This document shows positions 1 through 10,641 of a stretch of DNA of 64,000 nt, one piece after another. The stretch spans positions 3,232,001 through 3,296,000 of the forward strand of contig OZ242383.1 of NCBI GenBank assembly GCA_965209155.1, written 5' to 3'. The first letter of the stretch is position 1. Each line of letters opens with the position of its first letter. The translations under genes and the position numbers were made by a program. The notes beneath the pieces are model-generated. The model saw only the letters and a program-made list of their open reading frames with translations, was not told the origin of the DNA and did not search any database. The stretch is from a bacterium (GTDB lineage: Bacteria > SAR324 > NAC60-12).

Positions 1-449
1 CGGATGATGAATAAATCAAAATATTGGTCCAATACTTTTTCAGTTGTCAATCGCAGAATACCAGCAGGGCGGTCGGGCTCAAAGAAATCCGATTCCTGCC
101 ACAGTCGGTTTTGATCGGGATAAACACTGCTCGAAGAAATGTAGACCATTCGTTTTAATTGCGGACGATTCAGCCTCATCCATTCTGACCATTGAATAAG
201 CCTTGCTGTTTCTACTCGAGGATCTTTTAAAACGGGAGGGATCGTCAAAATCAAGACCGCCGCTTTTTCAGGTAAATTCCCCCAGGTTTGAGGATTTTCC
301 CATTGAAAGTTCAGGTAAAGGGAAGGAGTACTATAAAGACTCGAAGAAGGCCTGCGATGATAAGTTCCCCAGGCAATACTTCGCATTGCCTGTTTGCAAA
401 GTTGATTGCCTGAATACCCCAAGCCCAGGATTCCCATGGATGACAGCAT
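1..449 (-). CDS. Extended SDR / NAD-dependent epimerase-like protein (partial, runs off window start)
   Basis: Manual translation: MLSSMGILGLGYSG (GxGxxG) ... LILTIPP ... RMVYISSSSVY; open to position 1; absent from ORF track because it has no stop. Confidence 0.75.
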   Translation of the reverse strand, partial: MLSSMGILGLGYSGNQLCKQAMRSIAWGTYHRRPSSSLYSTPSLYLNFQWENPQTWGNLPEKAAVLILTIPPVLKDPRVETARLIQWSEWMRLNRPQLKRMVYISSSSVYPDQNRLWQESDFFEPDRPAGILRLTTEKVLDQYFDLFII

Positions 450-519
450 GTCTGTATTCTAAGCTGGAAAAAACTGTTTACGGGATACCGTTCTTTTTTC
501 CACCCATTGAAAGGATGTG

Positions 520-1119
520 TCAACTTTCGGGTGGTTGTGAAGCAGGATTGTTTTTTTCTTTTTGTCGACTCAACCAATCACCGAGGAACAATTGATGAGC
601 TTGTGCCATTTGGTAGTCTTGCTCCAGGATAAACTGTTGCAGAAAAGGAGAAACCGTCACAAAGAGATGATCTTGCCACCCTTCGGTTTTTTGCATGGGG
701 ACTTCATAAAAAATGTCTCCGACGCCGACTTGCCTCTGAATCGATAGATGGTTCATCACGTAACCGGACGCCACAAACGTCAAATCCACGCGAACCGCCT
801 TCCAATCAAAAGGGATGGTAAATCTTCCTTCTGAATCCGGAAATATCAGTCGTGCTTGTGGAAAGTAAATTGTTTGAGCTTCAGCGGTCTCGACGAATTG
901 GGAATAATAAGTGCGAACAATGATAAATCCTTGCCGGGCTAATTCATTTCCTTCCTCATACAGCATGGTTCCATTCACTTGCCGGGTATACCATCCCCAT
1001 TGAAAATCCACCTGAGGGGAAAAGCAACCGGTTTGTATAAAAAGGGGGGCCAGCATGAAAAAGACGATCCATTTTCCAGGATAAAAGTCGTTCTTGGTTG
1101 CGATTTCTGGCTGTGGCAT
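520..1119 (-). CDS. Hypothetical lipoprotein
   Basis: Start moved to MPQPE (1119) to avoid overlap with NAD kinase; hydrophobic stretch ending IQTGC. Confidence 0.6.
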   Translation of the reverse strand: MPQPEIATKNDFYPGKWIVFFMLAPLFIQTGCFSPQVDFQWGWYTRQVNGTMLYEEGNELARQGFIIVRTYYSQFVETAEAQTIYFPQARLIFPDSEGRFTIPFDWKAVRVDLTFVASGYVMNHLSIQRQVGVGDIFYEVPMQKTEGWQDHLFVTVSPFLQQFILEQDYQMAQAHQLFLGDWLSRQKEKNNPASQPPES

Positions 1120-1135
1120 GGTACGGATTCCTTTT

Positions 1136-1930
1136 TTATTCCCAGGAAAGACGTGAAGAGAGATTCCGAAAAAAATAATGTTTTTCAGGAAAAACCAATT
1201 GGACACGCTGTTTTGCTTCGCTAATAAATAGCTCGTTATGAATTGCCAGTGGAATTTTATTTTTACCATCAATTGAAAGATAAATTTCCTGTTCCTTGGT
1301 TTGGGGCGTAATGACAAGCCGGATATTCGCATCGTGGTTGAGCACCAAGTGACGGGATGTAAAATTGTGTTCGTTCAATCCTGCCAGAATCAAACAGCGT
1401 ATTTCCGGCATAACGATTGGAGACCCTGCCGAAAGCAAGTAAGCCGTGCTTCCCGTGGGCGTGCCCACAATGACACCATCTCCCCAGATATGGCGTACAT
1501 GGGCTTCATTAACAAAACAGTCTACCGAAACTAAGCGATTGATACCTTTAATCACCATTTCATTGATTGCATGAAAACGATTACTACCATAGTGACATTC
1601 CAAGGTGGAGCGCTCACTGATGAAACACTGATTGTTGAGAAACTTTTCCAGGATGGTTACCATTTCCTCCCGGTTCCCGGCAGTGAGGAATCCGATAGTG
1701 CCAAAATTGAATGCCAAAACAGGACAGACAGGAAATTGACCCAATACATGCAACACAGTTCCGTCACCTCCAATCGTGATGATGAGATCCAGGTCTTTGC
1801 CAGGGGAAATGTCCCAACTGAGTAACGTTGTTTCAATCTGATGAGAAGCGAACCAGTCTTGTAAAAATTGGCTGACTTCCTGATGGAGTTTGTGGTCTAT
1901 AAACAATCCGACTGTTTTCAGATCAAACAT
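1136..1930 (-). CDS. nadK: NAD(+) kinase
   Basis: GGDGT, GTIGFL, NE and TPTGSTAY motifs. Confidence 0.92.
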   Translation of the reverse strand: MFDLKTVGLFIDHKLHQEVSQFLQDWFASHQIETTLLSWDISPGKDLDLIITIGGDGTVLHVLGQFPVCPVLAFNFGTIGFLTAGNREEMVTILEKFLNNQCFISERSTLECHYGSNRFHAINEMVIKGINRLVSVDCFVNEAHVRHIWGDGVIVGTPTGSTAYLLSAGSPIVMPEIRCLILAGLNEHNFTSRHLVLNHDANIRLVITPQTKEQEIYLSIDGKNKIPLAIHNELFISEAKQRVQLVFPEKHYFFRNLSSRLSWE

Positions 1931-2339
1931 TCTTTAATTATATACCCTCTCCAAAAATAAAATCGATTCTACGATTTTCCGTCATAAAAAATGTCGTGTG
2001 GACTATCGACATGGAATTTCTCAGAAAAATATGTTAGTTTGTTTTTCCTTTTAAATTGTCATTTGAATAAAAACTCTGTTACTGCTCAAATATCAGTTGG
2101 GAAAGCGCCTTTCCATTGCCATTTTTTACCAGTGACGCAATCATACGAATTTGAAGAAAATATTTTTATCCAATCCTGAGATGGCAAATCATTGAAAATA
2201 CTATTTGTTCTTAAACACAGGGAAAATTAATTCAAATTTCCGGCAGTCCATAGAATAAATTATACAATTCTGAGACAATGATCAATGTTGGAATCAAGTG
2301 ATAACAGAATAATGTACAGGCTTTGAGAGGGATTTTAAA

Positions 2340-3002
2340 GTGACACCGCGACGTAATACCTGGCAGATTTTGATAGGTTGCTTACTTGTTCTTTCCGCAT
2401 GTTCGGAATTTCAGGGCTACATTGATCCGAATCCAGGTCCACATTTATATAAAAACGTAGCAATGATTGTGTCAAAATCCACTAACTCCGTAGAAACAGC
2501 TTTGCTCGAGGAGGTGACGCAAAGAGTGGAACAACGACTCATCAATTTTTCAAATTTTTCAGGATTTTATTCCAAGTCTCAGACACTGTCTTTCATCCAG
2601 CAAAACCTCCACCTTCAAATGCAAATGAACGAATTTGAATCAACATTTGTATTGACCGGGATTTCAGATAAAAATATTACTGCTCAGTTCGGCAAAGCAC
2701 TCCAAGTGGAGCAATTGTTTGTGATTCAAGTGGACGAACTTCCTTGTTCAGGGTGTGATGCGGGCAAGCAGCTGCTTATCAAATTCAATTTGGTTGACGT
2801 ATTCACAGGGACCTTGTTGTGGAGGGGAAGAATTCTTAAAGAGTTGGTTGTGGACGATATGGAATCGTCTGTTTTCAGAACTGTGGTGATGCAATCGGTC
2901 GACCTGATGCTGGATGAATTCACAAATAACTTCAAAGCTTCAGATCAGAGCTGGATAACAAAAAATTTTAAAAAAATGGGTTCGCTTTTCGATATATTTT
3001 AA
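2340..3002 (+). CDS. Hypothetical lipoprotein
   Basis: Lipobox LSAC after hydrophobic signal; 220 aa. Confidence 0.65.
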   Translation: MTPRRNTWQILIGCLLVLSACSEFQGYIDPNPGPHLYKNVAMIVSKSTNSVETALLEEVTQRVEQRLINFSNFSGFYSKSQTLSFIQQNLHLQMQMNEFESTFVLTGISDKNITAQFGKALQVEQLFVIQVDELPCSGCDAGKQLLIKFNLVDVFTGTLLWRGRILKELVVDDMESSVFRTVVMQSVDLMLDEFTNNFKASDQSWITKNFKKMGSLFDIF

Positions 3003-3047
3003 TTCACTCGAATTTCGACAACTCATTACTTATGTTCCACGTAATTC

Positions 3048-4442
3048 TCATTTGAGACACAACGTGTCCAAACAGGCGTAACCACCAGAAACTCCCCCTT
3101 CATTTTGATGAGCCGCTTTGGTGCGAACCAGAAAACCTACGTCACGATTTTGTAAGATAACCCTGTCTTCTGCCAGACATACGCCATATCGACCAATTTC
3201 GCTAACTGCTTCGGTTTCTTGAAGCTGACCATCCATCAGCATAGACGCTTGATGGGGAACAGGATATATCCGTTCCATTAAAATGTATGCCCGGGAAGAT
3301 TCCTCATCCAGAGACTGGAGTTTTCCAATCATGTCACGGCCATAGAAATTATTCCCTCCTCCTTCCCGCTGAGGTTTGAGTACAAAGTTGTCGGGAAAAT
3401 GACAAGCCGCTTGACTTGCAGTTTGATATTCCCCGTTTATTCGAATCATTTCATCCAATAGATATAAACCGACGAATGTAGACTCAATTTGTCCGGCGCA
3501 GTCCTCATCGACAAAATTATGCAGAACTTTCGGTGTGGAAAGCGCTTGTTGGATTTTTTTCAATCCTGCCAATTGCATAGCTATACCGGGGACTGCAATG
3601 GTAGAAGATGCTTCTATCAATCTCCTGGCTTTCCAAGCTTCTGGCGTAGGATAATCATTGGGAGTATATCCTGCCCGGAAATAAGTCACCGCAGCTATTT
3701 TGCCGTATACCATCAGATGTCCCTGCTTGAGATAACCTTCTTGGGCCACTTCCTCCAAGGACATACGAATGGTAAGAATACCAAATTCATCCCACAGTTG
3801 GTATTCTCCTCCTCGCTGATCAAAAACGTTTCGTTCTCTGGTTTGTACTATGGTTAACAGACAACATCGAGGCGCATCATAGCGTCTGAACGCCTCTGCT
3901 ATGATTGCCACGATACCGCTGATTGGATCATTATCGACCAGTGTTTTTTCTCTACCCAGAATCCCATTCAAAAAATGGTGCAAGCGACTCATTTGACTGC
4001 TGAGATAGGGATAACTTGCAGCAATGGCATTGAATTCCACCTGCTTAGGTATTGGTAAATCGGAAGCACCCGACCTCGTACTGAGCAAGAAATCATTGCG
4101 GTTGATCAGCAGTTGAATGGATTGCGTTTTCCTGCTATCGATAAGGACGGATAGCAACTCCTTCACAAATATGTCGGTTCGTGCGGTAGCAGCTAAAGAT
4201 TCATGTAAAAATCTTTCATCCTCAGAAACCTTGAACATCAGAGTATTGAACAAGGGAGTCAAAAAAATGATTTGCTCCAGGACGTCCTTTGAGATTTCGC
4301 AAGGTGACATCGTAAATGGCGCGTGCTTCAGTTCAAATCGCTGATTGAGCTTGATCAATCCATTTGTCAATGCAAAATCTATAGCTTCTTGAACTGTTTG
4401 TCGCATGATGGTTATCTGATCTCCCATAAAATAAACTGTCAT
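3048..4442 (-). CDS. Glutathione synthetase, eukaryotic (GSH2/GSS) type
   Basis: KQVEFNAIA, YFRAGYTPNDY, FVLKPQREGGGNN, AYILMERI, LVRTK..NEGGV motifs; 464 aa. Confidence 0.9.
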   Translation of the reverse strand: MTVYFMGDQITIMRQTVQEAIDFALTNGLIKLNQRFELKHAPFTMSPCEISKDVLEQIIFLTPLFNTLMFKVSEDERFLHESLAATARTDIFVKELLSVLIDSRKTQSIQLLINRNDFLLSTRSGASDLPIPKQVEFNAIAASYPYLSSQMSRLHHFLNGILGREKTLVDNDPISGIVAIIAEAFRRYDAPRCCLLTIVQTRERNVFDQRGGEYQLWDEFGILTIRMSLEEVAQEGYLKQGHLMVYGKIAAVTYFRAGYTPNDYPTPEAWKARRLIEASSTIAVPGIAMQLAGLKKIQQALSTPKVLHNFVDEDCAGQIESTFVGLYLLDEMIRINGEYQTASQAACHFPDNFVLKPQREGGGNNFYGRDMIGKLQSLDEESSRAYILMERIYPVPHQASMLMDGQLQETEAVSEIGRYGVCLAEDRVILQNRDVGFLVRTKAAHQNEGGVSGGYACLDTLCLK

Positions 4443-5157
4443 GATTTAGAGAAGCATTGTCTTTAGCGGGAGCATCTTTGAAGACCCATTTGCAAGCCTT
4501 GTCATATAGCAGTTGCTCCTTTCTGTCACGAAAAGTATGAGAAATATCTCACGAGTTTAGTGTTGCCAAAAACATTACGAATTTATGGTTCAAAATGAAT
4601 TGAAATTAGAGCAGAACGTGCTCAATTTCAAATTTTTATTATCAGAGTCTTAAATGCTCACGAGTTTGGTTTCTATCGTCGCATTTGTCGTTTCATGCTT
4701 CCGGAAACCACCCTCTTTGCTCCGCATTACATGAGAAAAAAATTTTATGGCCGTATGTTTTTTTTAAAATCATTCTTCTCTGAAGAGTTGATAAGTTGGA
4801 AAAACGCGTAAAATCTTATGAGAAAATCACGACCATACAGATTGAAGTCAACATGTCTGGAATTGTTGCAATTCCAGACTCCGTAGTTTATCTTAGCATC
4901 GAAGCATGAATGAAGGGCGGAAGCATGTCGCACTTTGTTTTGGTTTGGAAATATTCCAATAATACTTGTAAAAATTCTAAAATAAAAATAAGTTAAAAAA
5001 CGGAACTCGGTAAAATCACCAATTCTCTCCTCGATCACTGATCAAATCAGATATGACAAAACCGTAGGCATCCAATAAATTTCTAAATGAGGAGATGGCT
5101 GTTGAGTTTTAAATAAGTCGGAGCTTCCCTTAAATTTCAATTATCAGGAAATCAGTT

Positions 5158-6543
5158 ATGAGAGCGTTTCTGAGCGTTGTCGTGAGAAGATATCGTTGTT
5201 TAACTGTGGTGGGAAAAACACTCATCGCGTTCATCTTTTTGATGTGTTGTATGACCCCCGCATACGCGACGGTTAACGAGGAAACCCTGTTTGTCTTCAA
5301 TACCTTCTCGTTCCTCATTTGGGGCGCATTGGTGATGTGGATGTGCGCTGGCTTCACCATGCTCGAGTCAGGTTCGGTTCGTACCAGGAATGCCTCGATG
5401 ATCTGCCTGAAAAATATCGGCCTCTACTCGATTGCAGGGCTTGCTTATTACTTCATCGGTTACAACCTCATGTACACCGATGTTGTTAATTTCATCGGTT
5501 CGTTTACATTCCTCAAAGGACCGTCGGTTGCAGAGATCGCTCTGGTGGCGGGAGAAGAAGTGGCTATCTCAGATGTGACAAAAAATGGCTATTCCACCAT
5601 GTCGGATTGGTTTTTCCAAATGGTCTTTGTGGCAACGACCGCCTCCATTGTGTCCGGTACCTTGGCTGAACGAGTGAAGCTTTGGACTTTTTTCCTCTTC
5701 ATCCTGGTGTTGACTGCTATTATTTATCCCATTGTCGGGTCATGGACATGGGGTGGTGGGTGGCTCAATGCCATGGGATTCAAAGATTTCGCCGGGTCGA
5801 CTATCGTGCACAGTACGGGTGGCTGGGCTGCTCTCGCAGGTGCGTTGGTGGTTGGACCCCGTCTCGGCAAATTCCGTAGTGACGGCACTATCAAGCCCAC
5901 ACCGCCTTCTAACATCCTCGTGGTGACCCTGGGTGTCTTCATCCTGTGGTTCGGCTGGTTTGGATTCAATGGAGGGTCGCAACTGGCGTTGGGAAGCGTT
6001 GCCGATGTGGTGGCAATGAGTCATGTGCTGGTCAACACCAACCTGGCAGCGGCAGCTGGTGTCATTGCTGCCCTTGTCTTCTCGAAACCCATCTTGGGAC
6101 GCACAGATTTGTACGCTGGTCTGAACGGAGCGATTGCGGGATTGGTCTCGATTACGGCAGCCCCCGATATTGTCGATCACTATTGGGCGATTATCATCGG
6201 TGCCGTCGGCAGTGTCTTGTGTACCGCCGGGATTAAGTTCCTGGAGAAAGCCAAAGTGGATGATGTAGTCGGGGCAGTACCCGCCCATCTTTTCGCCGGA
6301 ATTTGGGGCACCCTGGCGGTCTGCATCTCCACTGACAACAGCCGCTTTGGGGTGCAATTACTGGGTGTGGCAACAATTGGAGCGTTTGTGTTCGGAATCT
6401 CTTGGTTGTTGTGGCGCGTTTTAGATCTGGTAATGAGTGTCCGGGTGTCGCATCAAGTCGAGCGATTGGGTCAGGATATTGGGGAACTGGGAATCGAAGC
6501 CTATCCTGAATTCGTGCTCATGCCGGAAGAAGACGAGAGTTGA
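5158..6543 (+). CDS. amtB: Ammonium transporter
   Basis: FFQMVF, DFAGSTIVHSTGG, WFGWFGFNGGS, DDVVGAVPAH; both pore His residues present. Confidence 0.95.
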   Translation: MRAFLSVVVRRYRCLTVVGKTLIAFIFLMCCMTPAYATVNEETLFVFNTFSFLIWGALVMWMCAGFTMLESGSVRTRNASMICLKNIGLYSIAGLAYYFIGYNLMYTDVVNFIGSFTFLKGPSVAEIALVAGEEVAISDVTKNGYSTMSDWFFQMVFVATTASIVSGTLAERVKLWTFFLFILVLTAIIYPIVGSWTWGGGWLNAMGFKDFAGSTIVHSTGGWAALAGALVVGPRLGKFRSDGTIKPTPPSNILVVTLGVFILWFGWFGFNGGSQLALGSVADVVAMSHVLVNTNLAAAAGVIAALVFSKPILGRTDLYAGLNGAIAGLVSITAAPDIVDHYWAIIIGAVGSVLCTAGIKFLEKAKVDDVVGAVPAHLFAGIWGTLAVCISTDNSRFGVQLLGVATIGAFVFGISWLLWRVLDLVMSVRVSHQVERLGQDIGELGIEAYPEFVLMPEEDES

Positions 6544-6595
6544 AGTAGGCGGGAGTGGCTACAATGCGAGGAAGACATGAGCCGATCCATTCGAT

Positions 6596-7161
6596 TAATT
6601 AATCTCATTAAACCACCAGCTCTGCTGGTGCGAACCTAATAGGCTTTGCCGGTCAGACATGAGAAACGTATCCGTGTCCGTTAGCCGTGCTCGTGCTCGT
6701 GAACGGTCAGTGAATTCGACGGCACATTTTGGTTAACATAGAAACAATGCGATGAAGTAATTGTTTCCCTTCGTCAAATAAAGGAGGCTGGATGATCTTC
6801 AACACGTTTAAAACATCGAGAATAGCAGCGCATTCCATTGCGGAACCTCGGTCAAATGCATAGAATCGTTGCTTGTCAGGAAAGGAATTTTTTCCACAGC
6901 CTTCTGCGATATTGAGAGGAATCGACCATGAGGCCCTTTTCAGTTGGTCAACTAAGGCTGAATATCCTTTTGGCAATGTTTCGATGACTTGGACAGATAA
7001 CGCTAAAAATTCGATGGAACATTGGTATACATCGAGTTTTTCATGATCTGACATGGCAGCCTTTTTCGTTCACGAGCACGAGCACGTCTTACGATGACGA
7101 ACACGTTTTGCCCTCATTGGGGGCCTCTTCAAGCCACCGGCTCTACCGGTGGTGATGACTT
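6596..7161 (+). mobile_element. Repeated IS200-ended non-autonomous element with four-helix-bundle cargo, copy 1
   Basis: TAATTAATCTCATTAAACCACCAGCTCTGCTGGTG left end, AAGCCACCGGCTCTACCGGTGGTGATGACTT right end; near-identical to four other copies. Confidence 0.9.
6707..7054 (-). CDS. Four-helix-bundle protein (IVP/bAvd-like family)
   Basis: HEKLDVYQ, DQLKRASWSIPLNIAEG, RGSAMEC motifs; 115 aa. Confidence 0.9.
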   Translation of the reverse strand: MSDHEKLDVYQCSIEFLALSVQVIETLPKGYSALVDQLKRASWSIPLNIAEGCGKNSFPDKQRFYAFDRGSAMECAAILDVLNVLKIIQPPLFDEGKQLLHRIVSMLTKMCRRIH

Positions 7162-7210
7162 CACATACATATTTATATGAAAAACTCATAATTGTTAGGA
7201 TAAAGGACCG

Positions 7211-7549
7211 ATGCAGATTGACATAGAACGAAAAAAGGAGATCTTGATTGCGAAGGTGGATGGCCGGATTGATGGTGCCAATGCCCGCGAATTTGAGAAT
7301 ACCCTGAGTGATACGATCAGAGAAGACGACCGCAACTTGATCTTGGATCTTGAAGAACTTTCCTACATCAGTAGCGCAGGACTTCGGGTCATTTTGCTAT
7401 TCGCAAAGACTCTTCGGAAACGTGATGCGGAATTTGTACTCTGTTCGCTTTCCGATCCGATAAGGGAGGTCTTCAAGATCAGCGGCTTTGACAAAATCAT
7501 CCCGGTCCATGACACCCGGGAGGAAGCACTCGCTACCCTTGGTGGCTAG
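7211..7549 (+). CDS. STAS-domain anti-sigma factor antagonist (RsbV-like)
   Basis: DLEELSYISSAGLR phospho-Ser motif; FKISGF. Confidence 0.92.
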   Translation: MQIDIERKKEILIAKVDGRIDGANAREFENTLSDTIREDDRNLILDLEELSYISSAGLRVILLFAKTLRKRDAEFVLCSLSDPIREVFKISGFDKIIPVHDTREEALATLGG

Positions 7550-7892
7550 ATTCTTCTACGGATTTGTTATCCTTGAAAAAATGTCCGAGGCGCATCCGAT
7601 CGTCACCTTGCATGCGGCCTCGAATTGCTCCCACCACGGAATCGAGTTGAAATTCGCCGGACAAAATGCGCCATCCCACTAACTGCAGGAGAGCACGATT
7701 TTTGCGGGACGACTCGACCACACTAGTAGGACTGACATGTGAGATTTTACTACATGACGCAAAGTTGAAGATTTATCGTTCCTGAGGTTCCTTGAATGAA
7801 GGCCTGTTTACTTTGTTTCAGGGATGAGACAGGGAGGTTGCATCTTTGCAGTGTAGTGTCATTTATCAAAACAATTAATCCCCATTCATAAT

Positions 7893-9062
7893 ATGATTCA
7901 AGCGCAATTCAAGATCCTTGTCGTAGACGATGAACCCGACCTCGAACACCTCGTGCGGCAACGAATGCGCAGGGACGTTCGCGACGGTCTCTTTTCATTT
8001 TCCTTTGCTCAAAACGGCGTGCAAGCTCTCGAGATCCTGAACCAGGAGCAGAATATCGACATGGTGCTCACAGATATCAATATGCCACAGATGGACGGTC
8101 TTACCTTGCTTGAGCAAATCCCCAAAGTCGATCCCAACATCCGTTCGGTGATTGTCTCGGCATATGGAGACATGAAAAACATCCGAACTGCCATGAACCG
8201 GGGAGCATTTGATTTCATCACCAAACCCATCGATTTTCAAGATTTGCGGGTCACTATCAACCGGACTCTTCACCACCTGACTTTGTGGCGTGAGGCTCTG
8301 ACTTCAAGAGACAAATTGGTCGCCTTGCAGAACGAACTTCATGTCGCCAGCAAGATGCAGCAATCGATCCTCCCAACAAGCTTTCCTGAACAAAGCAGCT
8401 TTCAGGTTTTCGGAAATATGGAGCCGGCGCGTGAAGTGGGTGGTGACTTCTTCGATGTGATTTACTTGGATCAGGGTCGTATTGGTTTGGCAATTGCCGA
8501 CGTCTCCGATAAGGGGGTCCCGGCCGCATTGTTTATGATGTCAAGCCGTACCCTTTTGAAAGGCGCCGCCATCGGCAGACTGGGACCCGGTAAGGTTCTT
8601 GGGGAAGTCAATCAGTTGTTGGAGGCGGACAACAATGTGACGATGTTCGTCACTATGTTTTATGCCGTGTTCGACCCTTCTAGCGGCGAACTCGTTTATG
8701 CCAACGGTGGGCACAATTCCCCGCTCATCATCCACGCGGACGGAAGTTCGACCGTACTTCCCCTGACAGGCGGAATCGCCTTGGGATTAATGTCAGACAT
8801 TTCTTACGAACAAAACGTGATCACCTTGTCACCCGGCGATGTCCTCTTGCTATACACAGACGGTGTCACTGAAGCCATGAATGAACGAGGTGAGGAATTT
8901 GGAATGGAACGCCTTCGCGGGATTTTCACGGATGCGAATTCGAATAATTCCCGTGAAGTGAATCAGGCAATCTTCGAAGCCGTACACGCTTTCACAGGAG
9001 CAATACCCCAATCTGATGACATCACCTGTCTCACCCTCCTGCGTAGCAAGAACAAAACATGA
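7893..9062 (+). CDS. Response regulator receiver fused to PP2C/SpoIIE phosphatase (RsbU-like)
   Basis: ILVVDDE, TDINMP, VGGDFFD, IADVSDKG, YTDGVTE, SDDIT. Confidence 0.93.
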   Translation: MIQAQFKILVVDDEPDLEHLVRQRMRRDVRDGLFSFSFAQNGVQALEILNQEQNIDMVLTDINMPQMDGLTLLEQIPKVDPNIRSVIVSAYGDMKNIRTAMNRGAFDFITKPIDFQDLRVTINRTLHHLTLWREALTSRDKLVALQNELHVASKMQQSILPTSFPEQSSFQVFGNMEPAREVGGDFFDVIYLDQGRIGLAIADVSDKGVPAALFMMSSRTLLKGAAIGRLGPGKVLGEVNQLLEADNNVTMFVTMFYAVFDPSSGELVYANGGHNSPLIIHADGSSTVLPLTGGIALGLMSDISYEQNVITLSPGDVLLLYTDGVTEAMNERGEEFGMERLRGIFTDANSNNSREVNQAIFEAVHAFTGAIPQSDDITCLTLLRSKNKT

Positions 9063-9481
9063 GCATGGAACAGTCACTTTGCGTTGAAGCGAATTTAGAG
9101 GGATTGAAGCAAATTTTTAATACGGTTGAAGAGTTCGGACAGGTTGCAAACTGGACACCCGACCTGATATACCAAGTCAACCTCGTCCTCGAGGAATTGA
9201 CAGTAAACATCGTAAACTACGGATGCGAGAGCGATCGTAGCCATGAAATCAAAGTCACGCTGGCCTGGGATTCAGACATCCTTACCGTGGAAATTATGGA
9301 CGACGGACGGGCATTCAATCCCCTGCGCGATGCTCCCAAGCCCGACTTGGAGTCGGAGATTGAAGATCGCCCGATAGGAGGTCTTGGTATCCACCTGGTC
9401 CGATCCATCATGGACGAACTGCACTATCGGCGCAAGCAGGACAAAAACCACCTTACCCTGATTAAACGGAGAAATGGATGA
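9059..9481 (+). CDS. Anti-sigma factor Ser/Thr kinase (RsbW-like)
   Basis: EELTVNIVNYG, DDGRAFNP, GGLGIHLV. Confidence 0.9.
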   Translation: MSMEQSLCVEANLEGLKQIFNTVEEFGQVANWTPDLIYQVNLVLEELTVNIVNYGCESDRSHEIKVTLAWDSDILTVEIMDDGRAFNPLRDAPKPDLESEIEDRPIGGLGIHLVRSIMDELHYRRKQDKNHLTLIKRRNG

Positions 9482-10641
9482 GATGGCTGCTCATACTGTC
9501 AATTGTGTTTTGTTTGGCTACAGAAATTCATGCGGAAGAGACTGGAATCTCAGATGAACGCATCCTGTTCGGTCAATCCGCTGCTTTCAGTGGGCCTGCT
9601 GGAGAACTGGGCAAGAACATGCGACATGGCATACAGGCGGCTTTTCGGGAAGTGAATGAACGGGGTGGAGTCCACGGACGACGACTGGAACTGGTATCTC
9701 TGGACGATGCCTATGAACCGGAGGCCGCGATCGCGAATACCCGCCAGCTGATCGAGGAAAAAGGCGTATTCGCACTGATTGGCGCGGTTGGCACACCCAC
9801 ATCCCGTTCGGCCACTCCGGTGGCTGCGGCCGCAAACGTGCCCTATATTGCTCCCTTCACCGGAGCGGCATTCCTGCGTGAGGCAAGATGGAAAAACGTG
9901 ATCAATCTGCGGGCTTCATACGACCAGGAAACCGAGACCATGGTCGATCGCTTGACCACGGACCTGGGACTCGAGCGCATCGCCGTGGTGTACCAGGACG
10001 ACTCTTTCGGCTTAGTCGGATATCTGGGTGTACGGAAGGCTCTTGAGCGACGAAGCATGGAACCTGTGGCAATTGGGGTGTATCCACGTAATACCACGGC
10101 TGTGAAAACAGCTCTTCTTGACCTGCGCAACGCAGACCCCGGCGCAGTGATCCTGATCGGAGCTTACCAACCGGTAGCAACACTGATTGCCTGGGCGCGA
10201 CATACGGGGTGGGATCCTTTCTTCATGACTATCTCTTTTGTCGGTAGCAACGCGTTGGCCCAGATGCTCGGTCACGCAGGAATCGGAGTCTTTGTCACCC
10301 AAGTAGTTCCTTTTCCGAGAGACGACAATCTACGGATCGCCGCAGTCTATCGCCAGGCTCTGAGAGCATATGATTCCGCGTTGGCGCCCGGATTCGTCTC
10401 TTTCGAAGGTTACCTGGCAGGTCGATTGGCGATCGCAGCCCTGGAACTCTGTGGTCCGGATATCGAGCGTGCTTGCTTGCTCGACAATTTACAGCGTACA
10501 GAAAACATCGACCTCGATGGATTCAGGCTTCATTATGGAGACAACGACAACCAGGGATCAGATGCGGTTTTCCTCACTGTGATCGGCAAGGATGGTCGAT
10601 ATCGCTCGATTGACGCACTACAGGACGAAATACAACCATGA
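9478..10641 (+). CDS. Periplasmic LivJ-type (branched-chain amino acid family) substrate-binding protein
   Basis: Signal peptide; GGVHGRRLELVSLDDAYEP, VGTPT, NLRASY. Confidence 0.85.
   Translation: MRWLLILSIVFCLATEIHAEETGISDERILFGQSAAFSGPAGELGKNMRHGIQAAFREVNERGGVHGRRLELVSLDDAYEPEAAIANTRQLIEEKGVFALIGAVGTPTSRSATPVAAAANVPYIAPFTGAAFLREARWKNVINLRASYDQETETMVDRLTTDLGLERIAVVYQDDSFGLVGYLGVRKALERRSMEPVAIGVYPRNTTAVKTALLDLRNADPGAVILIGAYQPVATLIAWARHTGWDPFFMTISFVGSNALAQMLGHAGIGVFVTQVVPFPRDDNLRIAAVYRQALRAYDSALAPGFVSFEGYLAGRLAIAALELCGPDIERACLLDNLQRTENIDLDGFRLHYGDNDNQGSDAVFLTVIGKDGRYRSIDALQDEIQP

Noticed and set aside
6667..6705. CRISPR array or iterons from the short repeats
   Set aside because: Contiguous hexamers without unique spacers; no cas or rep genes
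6707..7054. Diversity-generating retroelement (cargo is bAvd-like)
   Set aside because: No reverse transcriptase or TR/VR pair in the window, and differences between copies are not adenine-specific
6596..7161. 23S rRNA intervening sequence
   Set aside because: No rRNA sequence flanks any copy
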